A DNA stretch of 64,000 bases from an uncultured bacterium (GTDB taxonomy: Bacteria > Acidobacteriota > Thermoanaerobaculia > Multivoradales > JAHEKO01). The number at the start of each line of letters is the position of its first letter. Position 1 is the stretch's first letter. Below are positions 1 to 8,039 of the stretch, in pieces. The DNA lies in contig CAJQNK010000123.1 in the NCBI GenBank assembly GCA_905479655.1, positions 26,553 through 90,552 on the forward strand, in the 5' to 3' direction. Position numbers and translations under genes: made by a program. The notes beneath the pieces are model-generated. The model did no database searches and was not told the origin of the DNA. It was given only the letters and a program-made list of their open reading frames with translations.

Positions 1-1639
1 AGATGGGCCAGGGGCCGCCGAAGGCGGCGAAGATGGCGCCCGCCACCAGGCAGAAGCCTCCGAACAGCGTCCCCCGCAAGCCCGCGAAGGGGTTTTCCGC
101 GGGTCCCCGCGTGCTCTGCTCCAGGAGGCGCAGGCCCTCGCTGATGAGCATCGGCACCTTGACCAGGCTGTCGAGGAGCTCCGGCGCTCCGCGCAGGCTC
201 TCCCGCGCCACCTTCAGGGGCGCGAACCGCTCGAGCAGGATGCGGTTGATGTGCCGCTTCGAGACCTGGGCCACGTCGAAGCCGGGGAGCAGGATCTGGC
301 CCACCCCCTCGAAGGTCACCAGGGCCTTCACCATCAAGACCATCTCCACCGGGAAGTACATCCGGTACTGGCCCCCCTTGGCCACCGAGCGCATGACGAG
401 CTGGCCGAGGGAGAAGTCGTGGAAGCTGGGCCCGCGGGACCAGCGGCGGCAGATGTCCTCGACGTCGCGGCGGAAACCCTTGGGGTCCGAGCCCGGGCCG
501 GACTGCGCCAGCCCGGCCAGGTAGCGGGCGGCGCTCTCCGCGTCCCCCATGACGAGGCAGTAGTAGTAGTAGAGCAGGGAGCGTTTCAGGTCCTCGTCGA
601 AGCGTCCCACCATCCCGAGGTCGATGAAGGCGCAGCGGGGCCCCGGCAGGATCAGCAGGTTGCCGGGGTGGAGATCGGCGTGGAAGAAGCCGTCCCGGTA
701 GAGCATCCGGATGATCGCCTCGGCCCCGAGGTCGACGAGCCTCTCGCGGTCCTCCCGGGCGAGGGTCATGACCCGCGGGTCGTCCGGCTTGATCCCCTCG
801 ATGTACTCCATGCACAGGAGGTTGCGGGTGCTGTGCTCGCGGAAGACCTTCGGGAAGACGACCTCCGGCAGGTCGCCGAAGTTGGCGGCGAAGGTCTCGG
901 CGTTGTCCGCCTCGAGGACGAGATCGGCCTCGCGCAACGTGTAGTCGCAGAACTCGCGCAGGATCCTGCGTGGCTGGAAGCGCGCCAGGAACAGCTCGAG
1001 GAGGCCGCCGAACATGCGCAGGAGGAGGGTGTCGACCTGCAGCAGCTCCCGGATTCCCGGCTTGACGACCTTCAACAGCACCCGCCGTCCGTCGTGGGTC
1101 GTCGCGAGATGGGTCTGCCCGATCGAGGCGGAGCCGAGGGGCCGGGGGTGGACGTAGGTGAAGACCTCTTTGATCGGGCAGCCGAGCTCCGCCTCGAGCT
1201 GCTCTTCGACCTGCTCGAAGGGCACGGCCGGCAGGCGATCGAGCAGGTTCTTCAGCTCTTCGGTGACCTCCCGCGGCAACAGGTCCTCGCGCAGGCTCAG
1301 GATCTGGCCGAGCTTGATGTACGTCGGCCCCAGCCGCTCGAACCGGACCCGCAGTTGCACCGGCAGCGGCTTCTTCTTGAGCTTCCTGTCCACCAGTAGC
1401 CCGGGCCAGAAGATCAGGAAGCGCAGGAGGGCCACGCGCAGGCGGCGGCGCTGGAGACGGGGCAGCGAGCGCAGGTGGGAGGCGAGGCCCCCCAGGGCCA
1501 GGCCGAGGAAGTGTCGCCAGGTCGTGAGCAGCCGGCGCACGGGTCCCGGCGGCAGGCGCCGCCGGGTCACCTCGAGGGTCTCGATCTCCTCGCGCCCCTC
1601 GCGCGAGGGCGGGTCGACCGGCCGGGGTCCGGCGTTCAT
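1..1639 (-). CDS. ubiB: UbiB/ABC1-family atypical kinase (AarF domain); C-terminus runs off window start (partial)
   Basis: Minus-strand translation from ATG (rc of cat 1637-1639) gives ...RFERLGPTYIKLGQILSLREDLLP..., ...YRDGFFHADLHPGNLLIL... and two C-terminal hydrophobic helices; it is the antisense of listed +ORF 251..1399; no stop before the window edge. Confidence 0.8.
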   Translation of the reverse strand, partial: MNAGPRPVDPPSREGREEIETLEVTRRRLPPGPVRRLLTTWRHFLGLALGGLASHLRSLPRLQRRRLRVALLRFLIFWPGLLVDRKLKKKPLPVQLRVRFERLGPTYIKLGQILSLREDLLPREVTEELKNLLDRLPAVPFEQVEEQLEAELGCPIKEVFTYVHPRPLGSASIGQTHLATTHDGRRVLLKVVKPGIRELLQVDTLLLRMFGGLLELFLARFQPRRILREFCDYTLREADLVLEADNAETFAANFGDLPEVVFPKVFREHSTRNLLCMEYIEGIKPDDPRVMTLAREDRERLVDLGAEAIIRMLYRDGFFHADLHPGNLLILPGPRCAFIDLGMVGRFDEDLKRSLLYYYYCLVMGDAESAARYLAGLAQSGPGSDPKGFRRDVEDICRRWSRGPSFHDFSLGQLVMRSVAKGGQYRMYFPVEMVLMVKALVTFEGVGQILLPGFDVAQVSKRHINRILLERFAPLKVARESLRGAPELLDSLVKVPMLISEGLRLLEQSTRGPAENPFAGLRGTLFGGFCLVAGAIFAAFGGPWPI

Positions 1640-1831
1640 GCGAGCACCTGCCCCGGGGGCGTGCGTCGAAGACGACCGAGCGCCCAGGCCCGCGGCGCGG
1701 TTCGAAGTCGACGGGCGCTCGGGTGCCGAAGCTCCCGACGCCGATGGATGCGGCCAGACCCGATCACGGGGCATCTCTCCAGCCGCTGCCCCGCCGGCTC
1801 GGTACCAGCGCCGGGCGACGGCTCGACAAGT

Positions 1832-2869
1832 CTACTCCGAGCGCTCGATCCCCGGCCCCGCCCGAAGGACCAGGGAAGACCAGTGAAAGCCCGCTCCGAA
1901 GGCGGTGAGGAGGACCCGGTCTCCGGCGTGCAGCCGACCTTCCGAACGGGCCTGGTCGAGGGCCAGGGGTACCGAGGCGGAGCCGGTGTTGCCGTACTCC
2001 TGGACGTTGACGAAGACCCGCTCCTCGTCGATCTCGAGGGCGCGAGAGACGGCGCGGAGGATCCTCAGGTTGGCCTGGTGGGGTACCAGCAGGTCGACCT
2101 CGTCGATCGACAGTCCCGCGGCGGCCAGCGCCCGGCGCGAGGAGTCGGCCATCCTGCGGACCGCCTCGCGGAAGACCTCGCGACCGCGCATCACGACGCG
2201 CTGGTGGTCTCCGCGCTGCGCTCCCTCGACGCTGAACGGCAGGCGCGTGCCCCCGGCCTCGAGCGACAGGATGTCGGCTCGCGAGCCGTCGGTGCCGGCG
2301 TCCGAGGAGAGGATCTCGCCGACCCGGCCCCCCTTGGATACGACCGTCGCTCCCGCCGCGTCTCCGAACAGGACGCACGTCTCGCGGTCGTTCCAGTTCA
2401 TGAGACGGCTCAGCAATTCGACCCCGACCACCAGGATCCGCCGATCCGGGTAGGCGGCGACCCGGGACCGGGCCACGTCGACGGCCTGGAGGAAGCCGGC
2501 GCAGCCCGAGCCGGCGAGGTCGTAGGCGGGCACCTCGCCGAGGCCGAGACGCTCCTGGAGGAAGGCGGAGGTGTCGGGGATGTAGACCTCCGGCGTGTCC
2601 GTCGCCACCACGATCTCGCCGATCTCCGACGGCTCCAGTCCGGCGTCGGTCAGCGCGGCGCGGGCGGCCGCCTCGGCGAGGTCGAGTGTCGTCTGGTCGG
2701 CCGCGGCGAAGCGTCGCCGTTCGATTCCGGTGCGCTCCACGATCCAGTCGTGGCTCGTGTCGACCCTGCGAGCCCACTCCTCGTTGGTGAAGATCCGCTC
2801 GGGCACGTAGGAGCCGAGGCCGGCCAAGCCGATGCCCTGCGGCCCGGATGGGGCCTTTGGCTGCAGCAT
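1832..2869 (-). CDS. fabH: 3-oxoacyl-ACP synthase III (KAS III)
   Basis: Listed ORF; Cys-His-Asn triad context (AGSGCAGF, LVPHQANLRI, GNTGSASVP), ~330 aa thiolase fold. Confidence 0.85.
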   Translation of the reverse strand: MLQPKAPSGPQGIGLAGLGSYVPERIFTNEEWARRVDTSHDWIVERTGIERRRFAAADQTTLDLAEAAARAALTDAGLEPSEIGEIVVATDTPEVYIPDTSAFLQERLGLGEVPAYDLAGSGCAGFLQAVDVARSRVAAYPDRRILVVGVELLSRLMNWNDRETCVLFGDAAGATVVSKGGRVGEILSSDAGTDGSRADILSLEAGGTRLPFSVEGAQRGDHQRVVMRGREVFREAVRRMADSSRRALAAAGLSIDEVDLLVPHQANLRILRAVSRALEIDEERVFVNVQEYGNTGSASVPLALDQARSEGRLHAGDRVLLTAFGAGFHWSSLVLRAGPGIERSE

Positions 2870-2908
2870 CGGCGGAGCATAACAACGGCCCGACGGCCGA
2901 GCGGGCTC

Positions 2909-3916
2909 TCAGCTCTCGCCCGAGGGGTCCGCGACGGCCACGACCCGGTCGCTCCAGGCCAGACGCCGCCGTCCCGCCTCCTTCGCCCGGTACAGCGCCA
3001 GGTCGGCTCGTTCCAGCAGTCGCTCCCAGGGCTCGTCGGCCGCGGCCCGAGCGCCTCCCATGCTCACCGTGACGACCACGGGCCGGCCTGCCGTCTCCGG
3101 CCGCAGGCCGCCCAGGGCCTCGAGCAGGGCGCGCGCCCGCAGGACGGCCTCCCGCTCGCCCAGGCCCGGCAGGACCACCGCGAACTCGTCTCCCCCCAGG
3201 CGCGCGGCGATGTCGTCGGCCCGAACGGCGCCCCGGAGCGCCTCCGCGACGAGGCGCAGCACCTGGTCGCCGAAGGCGTGCCCCCAGCGGTCGTTGATCG
3301 CCTTGAAGCGATCGACGTCCACGACGACGAGCGCGAGACTGCGCCCGGGCTCGTCCTCCCGCGCCCGATCCAGCAGGGCTCGGAGGCCGCGGCGGTTGGC
3401 GAGCCCGGTGAGCTCGTCGGTGAGCGCGAGGGCGTGGTGCTGGTCGCGCTCGCGGCGGGTGCGGCGCAGCGAGCCGAGCGTTCGCTCGAGCTCGGTGTTG
3501 CGCGCCCGCAGGTCGTCGATCAGCCGGCGCTCGGAGATCACCAGATAGGCGCAGCAGCGGCGCAGGACACGGAGCAGCACCTGCGGACTCTCGGCCTCCA
3601 GTCGCTCGATGCTGGAGGGGCCGAGCTCGCGGACGGTGCAACCCACCCCGGCCGCCGCATCGGCGGTGCGGCGGTGGGAGCCCAACACCAGGGCGAGCTC
3701 CCCGAACAGCTCGCCGGCCGCGAGCCGCTTCTCGTGCTTCTCGGCGCCGAAGCGCAGGACGACCTCTCCCCCCTCCACGACGAACATGGAATCGCCGTCG
3801 TCGCCGCGGCGGAAGAGGGGCTCGCCGGGCTCGAGATCGCGGGCGACGCCGAGACGGCCGAGAGTGTCGAGAACGTCCGGCGCGAGGCGCAGGTCGGGAG
3901 CTCCGTCAGTGGACAT
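2909..3916 (-). CDS. Cyclic-nucleotide-binding domain fused to GGDEF diguanylate cyclase
   Basis: N-terminal cNMP-binding signature (FVVEGGEV...GELFGELAL) and C-terminal GGDEF domain (RLGGDEFAV, RYGGEEF-type context, ALYRAKEAG). Confidence 0.8.
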   Translation of the reverse strand: MSTDGAPDLRLAPDVLDTLGRLGVARDLEPGEPLFRRGDDGDSMFVVEGGEVVLRFGAEKHEKRLAAGELFGELALVLGSHRRTADAAAGVGCTVRELGPSSIERLEAESPQVLLRVLRRCCAYLVISERRLIDDLRARNTELERTLGSLRRTRRERDQHHALALTDELTGLANRRGLRALLDRAREDEPGRSLALVVVDVDRFKAINDRWGHAFGDQVLRLVAEALRGAVRADDIAARLGGDEFAVVLPGLGEREAVLRARALLEALGGLRPETAGRPVVVTVSMGGARAAADEPWERLLERADLALYRAKEAGRRRLAWSDRVVAVADPSGES

Positions 3917-4255
3917 CGGGCGGGTGGCCGGGTGGGGAAGGTGGAACAGGGGACGAGCGCTGTCGAGCGAGAGGTCGTGCGGGCGTCGGGTCGTTGGTCC
4001 GGGAGGCGGCCTCGACTATACTCCGCGCTTCGGGAGGAAGGTCACCCGGAGGGCCGCGCCAGGGGTGCCCCATGGGATCGATCGAGCCGGTGCGGGGCCG
4101 AGGGACGCCGAGGAGCGACCCGGGGCGGCTCCGCCCGGACGGACGCGATCCGGGGCGGGAGTCGCGGCTCGTTCCTCGAGGGACCTCCGGAGCCTACGGA
4201 CCGTCCTTCGAGCCTCCCTCTTGTCCACTGCGGTCATTTGAACCGAGGAGATTCC

Positions 4256-5905
4256 ATGTCGGAGCGACCCAACTCCATCTGCCCATCCGGAGAGAGCTTC
4301 CCCCTGCCGGACGTCGACGACTACCACGCAGAGTTCGAGCGTCTGAAGGCGCTCGCCACCGAGAATCGCCGACAGGGACGCGAGGTCGTCGTCGTCGTGG
4401 GCGTCGGCTTCGTCGGCGCCGTGATGGCCGCCGTGATCGCCGATGCGGAGCACGAAGACGGGACCCCATCCAAGTTCGTCCTGGCCATGCAGCGGCCCAG
4501 CGTGCGCAGCTACTGGAAGATCCCGCTGCTCAACCGCGGTCTCTCGCCGGTCAAGGCCGAGGATCCGGAGGTCGACGAGATGATCCAGCGCTGCGTCGTC
4601 GACAAGAGGACGCTGGTGGGCACGTTCACCCACGAGGCGCTGCGCCTGGCCGACGTCGTCGTGGTCGACGTCCAGTGCGACTATCTCAAGGAGGAGTTGG
4701 GGAACGTGCGCAACGGCGCCGCGGATCTCGAGGCGCTCAAGGCCTCCATGGCGACGATCGCCGAGAACGTCGAGCCGGACGCCCTGGTCCTGATCGAGAC
4801 GACGGTCCCGCCGGGCTTCACCGAGAACGTGGCGTTCCCGATCATGAAGCAGATCTTCGACCATCGGGGCATCCTGTCGGATCCGCTGCTCGCCCACAGC
4901 TACGAGCGCATCATGCCGGGCCGCCAGTACGTCTCGTCGGTGCGTGACTTCTGGCGGGTCGCGAGCGGCAACAACGCCGAGGCGCGGGAGCGGGTGACCA
5001 CCTTCCTGCAGGAGGTCCTGAACACCGAGGAGTACCCGCTGACGGTCCTCGACCGGCCGCTCGAGTCCGAGACCGCCAAGATCATCGAGAACAGCTACCG
5101 CGCGACGCTCCTGGCCTTCATGGACGAGTGGTCGACCTTCGCCGAGCGCCAGGGGATCGACCTGCGGAAGGTGATCGAGGCGATCAAGGTGCGGCCCACG
5201 CACTCGAACATCATGTTCCCCGGCCCCGGCGTCGGCGGCTACTGCCTGCCGAAGGATGGCGGCCTCGGCGTGTGGGCCAACCAGCACATCCTCGACGACG
5301 AGGACGGTCCCTTCCGCATCACGCCGATCGCGATCGACATCAACGACCGGCGGGGCCTCCGGGTGCCGATCCTGGCGGAGGAGGGTCTGGCGGCGTTGGG
5401 GCGCTCGATCTCCGGAGCCGAGGTGGCGGTCCTGGGGGCGGCCTACCGCGAGGACGTCGGCGACACCCGCTACAGCGGCTCGGAGATGGTGGTGCGCAAG
5501 CTCGCGGAGATGGGCGCTCGAGTGCGGGTGCACGACCCGTATGTCGAGTCCTGGGCCGAGTTCGAGACCCAGGACACCTACCCCCAGTCCCGCCACAGCT
5601 GGGCCCGTTTCTTCGACGGGCAGGAGGGCCTCTCCGAGCTCGTGGTGCAGTCCGATCTCGACGCGGTGCTGAAGGGCGCGGACGTTGTCGTCCTGGCCGT
5701 GCGGCACCAGGCCTACCTCGACCTCCAGCCGGACGACATGGTGCGCCGGGTCGGCCAGCCCTTCGCCGTGGTCGACTGCTTCTGCATCCTGTCCGACGCG
5801 GGGATCAGCCGTCTCTTCGAGGCCGGTTGCGAGGTTCGGGGTCTCGGCCGCGGTCACGTCCACCGGTTGCGCGACGAGGTCCGGCGGCGGGCGGAGGAGA
5901 GTTAG
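4256..5905 (+). CDS. UDP-glucose/GDP-mannose dehydrogenase family (nucleotide-sugar dehydrogenase)
   Basis: Real gene is the 3' part of the 1476-aa ORF 1475..5905; ATG at 4256 preceded by GAGGAG; Rossmann GVGFVGAVMAAVIA and catalytic GGYCLPKD. Confidence 0.85.
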   Translation: MSERPNSICPSGESFPLPDVDDYHAEFERLKALATENRRQGREVVVVVGVGFVGAVMAAVIADAEHEDGTPSKFVLAMQRPSVRSYWKIPLLNRGLSPVKAEDPEVDEMIQRCVVDKRTLVGTFTHEALRLADVVVVDVQCDYLKEELGNVRNGAADLEALKASMATIAENVEPDALVLIETTVPPGFTENVAFPIMKQIFDHRGILSDPLLAHSYERIMPGRQYVSSVRDFWRVASGNNAEARERVTTFLQEVLNTEEYPLTVLDRPLESETAKIIENSYRATLLAFMDEWSTFAERQGIDLRKVIEAIKVRPTHSNIMFPGPGVGGYCLPKDGGLGVWANQHILDDEDGPFRITPIAIDINDRRGLRVPILAEEGLAALGRSISGAEVAVLGAAYREDVGDTRYSGSEMVVRKLAEMGARVRVHDPYVESWAEFETQDTYPQSRHSWARFFDGQEGLSELVVQSDLDAVLKGADVVVLAVRHQAYLDLQPDDMVRRVGQPFAVVDCFCILSDAGISRLFEAGCEVRGLGRGHVHRLRDEVRRRAEES

Positions 5906-5933
5906 CGAACGGTCGCCCTGGTAGGCTCGTACC

Positions 5934-7577
5934 GTGCGGAGGCCCCGGAGAGGTAGCGCAGCGGTTGTGAGGTGGATCCGGGGCTGCGTCTGGATCGCGC
6001 TGGCGCTCGTTGCGGCCGGCGCCGCGGCGGAGCCTTGGCCGTCGCCCATCCTCGGCGACGGTCCGCTGGGGCGTTGGGCACGACCCCGCGTCCTGCGGGA
6101 CGCCCCGGTGCCGGTGCCGTCGCCGCCGGGCGATCTCTGGACCCCGTCCGGGCCCCCGGGGCCTCCCGGGCCACCGCAGCCACCCCCGGGCCCCGTGCCG
6201 CCCCCCGGTCCGGCGCCACCGCCCGGTCCGGGGGGCGACCCGCCGCCCGGCGCGCTGCCGGCGTTTCCCGGAGCCGAGGGGTTCGGCGCCACGACGCCGG
6301 GTGGGCGAGGGGGGAAGACCCTCTTCGTCACCCAGCTGGGGGATTCCGGCCCCGGCTCGCTGCGGGAGGCGCTGCGGACCGCCGGCCCGCGGACGATCGT
6401 CTTCCGGGTCGCCGGGGTGATCCGGCTGACGAGCCCCGTCTACCTGGGGGGCGCCCCGGCGGAGCCGGCGACGCCGGAGGAGCACAGCTTCGTCACCGTG
6501 GCGGGCCACTCGGCTCCCGGCGGCGGGGTCACGATCGCCGACGGCTCGCTCATTCTGCGCAACGGGGTTCACGACGTCGTGCTCCGGCACCTGCGCTTCC
6601 GCAACGCCCGGCGGTCGATCGACGCCGAGCCGCGCTCACCCGGGGACGGGATCGACCTGCAGACGGCCTCGCGGGTGGTGGTCGACCACTGCTCGTTCTC
6701 CTGGGCGACCGACGAGAACTTCAGTGCCGAGCGGTTCGTCAACCGGGACGTCACCGTGCAGTTCAGCCTGGTGGCGGAGGGTCTGGCCGACGGGGGACAC
6801 GAGGCCGGCGTCCATAGCCGGGGGATGAACCTCAGCCGCGGCGCGGACCGCTTCTCCGTGCATCACAATCTCTTCATCGCCAACAACATGCGCAACCCGC
6901 ACCTGAACGGCTGCAACGGCAACCCGGCTTGCGCGCTGAACCCCGAATGGTCCGTGGCGCCGGTCTTCGACGTGCGCCACAACGTCGTCTACAACTGGTC
7001 GCGCCGGGCGAGCCACCTGTCGTTCGGAGCGCGGGCGAACCTCGTCGGCAACCTCTACCTCCCGGGCCCCTCGACGCCGAGGGGATCGCCGCCGATCTAC
7101 TTCCAGGACTCGGACCGGGGAACGGAGGCGTGGGTCGAGGGCAACGCCAGCGAGGCTCTCCCCGGGGCGCCGCAGGTGGATCTGGTGGGCTTCATGGAGC
7201 CTCCCCTCACGGGTCTGCTCCCGGCGCCGATCCCGGCGCCGTTCGTCTCGCCGACGCCGGTCGAGCTCCTGGAGGAGCTCGTGGCGGACGCCGTGGGCGC
7301 CCTGCCCCGCGACTCGGTCGACCTGAGACTGCTCTCCGACCTCGCCGAGCGTCGGGGCGCCTCCGGAGCCCCGGGGCGGACCCACGACACGCCCCTGCCG
7401 ACGCCGACGCTCGGTACGCCCTACGAGGACACCGACCAGGATGGCATGGAAGACGCCTGGGAGCGGGTCCAGGGTCTGGATCCCCTGGACCCGGCGGACG
7501 GGGTGGGGGATCTGGACGGAAACGGGTACTCGAACCTGGAGGAGTTCCTGGAGAGCCTGATCCAGCCGACGGCCTGA
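5934..7577 (+). CDS. Secreted pectate-lyase-like protein (PL1-type fold) with Pro/Gly-rich collagen-like linker
   Basis: AFPGAEGFGATTPGGRGG N-terminal pectate lyase signature and VVVDHCSFSW; signal-peptide-like WIALALVAAGAAA; alternative GTG start at 5967. Confidence 0.7.
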   Translation: MRRPRRGSAAVVRWIRGCVWIALALVAAGAAAEPWPSPILGDGPLGRWARPRVLRDAPVPVPSPPGDLWTPSGPPGPPGPPQPPPGPVPPPGPAPPPGPGGDPPPGALPAFPGAEGFGATTPGGRGGKTLFVTQLGDSGPGSLREALRTAGPRTIVFRVAGVIRLTSPVYLGGAPAEPATPEEHSFVTVAGHSAPGGGVTIADGSLILRNGVHDVVLRHLRFRNARRSIDAEPRSPGDGIDLQTASRVVVDHCSFSWATDENFSAERFVNRDVTVQFSLVAEGLADGGHEAGVHSRGMNLSRGADRFSVHHNLFIANNMRNPHLNGCNGNPACALNPEWSVAPVFDVRHNVVYNWSRRASHLSFGARANLVGNLYLPGPSTPRGSPPIYFQDSDRGTEAWVEGNASEALPGAPQVDLVGFMEPPLTGLLPAPIPAPFVSPTPVELLEELVADAVGALPRDSVDLRLLSDLAERRGASGAPGRTHDTPLPTPTLGTPYEDTDQDGMEDAWERVQGLDPLDPADGVGDLDGNGYSNLEEFLESLIQPTA

Positions 7578-7728
7578 GCCGATTTGCGCCGACTCGCCCT
7601 AGCTAGCCGCGCTGCGGCAAGAGGGCCAGGAAGGGGTGGGCGGCGTCCGTCCCGCGACGCGATGGCGGCTGCGAACTCCGCCTCCGCCGCTTCGCGGCAG
7701 GATTTCCCGGAGAGATCCCGAACGATCG

Positions 7729-7758
7729 CTTGTGAATTTCGTCACAAGGTCGTATACT
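7729..7758 (+). promoter_or_regulatory. Sigma70-like promoter: -35 TTGTGA (7730-7735), 17-nt spacer, -10 TATACT (7753-7758), overlapped by the perfect inverted repeat CTTGTGA-N6-TCACAAG (7729-7748)
   Basis: Read directly in a ~50% GC island inside a 70% GC genome. Confidence 0.45.
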
Positions 7759-7764
7759 GCGTTC

Positions 7765-7987
7765 AACAAGGAGCTCAGAGAGTTCCATGACGAGAACCGA
7801 CAGGAGGTCTCTCTCACCCACGCAGTTCCTTCCAACGCAGGACGGAGGCGCCTCGCGCTTCCGACCCACCGACACCATCCTGCCTGATTCCCCTTTACCA
7901 GGGGTAAATCCGAGACTTCCCACCACCTAGGCAGGGACCTCCATTCTCGCCTTGCGGGGCCGCGATTCGTCGCGGCCTTTGCCTTTT
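7765..7987 (+). ncRNA. Candidate small transcript (~220 nt) between promoter and terminator; contains a 47-codon ORF at 7787..7930 with upstream AAGGAG
   Basis: Promoter at 7730-7758, terminator at 7958-7987; the ORF MTRTDRRSLSPTQFLPTQDGGASRFRPTDTILPDSPLPGVNPRLPTT uses rare codons (AGA, AGG, TTA, GTA, AAT), so either a non-coding RNA or a small protein is possible. Confidence 0.3.
7958..7987 (+). terminator. Rho-independent terminator: 8-bp GC stem GGCCGCGA/TCGCGGCC with UUCG tetraloop, followed by TTTGCCTTTT
   Basis: Read directly from sequence; a second 9-bp hairpin GAGGGCCGG...CCGGCCCTC follows at 7988-8021. Confidence 0.6.
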
Positions 7988-8039
7988 GAGGGCCGGCCGG
8001 CGCGCGCGTCGTCCGGCCCTCTTCGTGTCCGCCCGCCGC

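Noticed and set aside
1685-1700. GGTTCGAAG T-loop-like sequence in the ubiB/fabH spacer, considered as a tRNA
   Set aside because: No acceptor, D or anticodon stems can be built around it; an isolated palindromic TTCGAA.
1764-3641. 625-aa minus-strand ORF overlapping fabH and the GGDEF gene in another frame
   Set aside because: Pure Arg/Pro/Ala/Gly composition. The real genes occupy the other two frames of the same strand.
1475-5905. 1476-aa plus-strand ORF
   Set aside because: Only the last 549 codons (from ATG 4256, with RBS) form the nucleotide-sugar dehydrogenase. The upstream two-thirds is antisense to fabH and the GGDEF gene and is compositional noise.
4016-6331. 771-aa minus-strand ORF
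   Set aside because: Antisense of the dehydrogenase and pectate-lyase genes.
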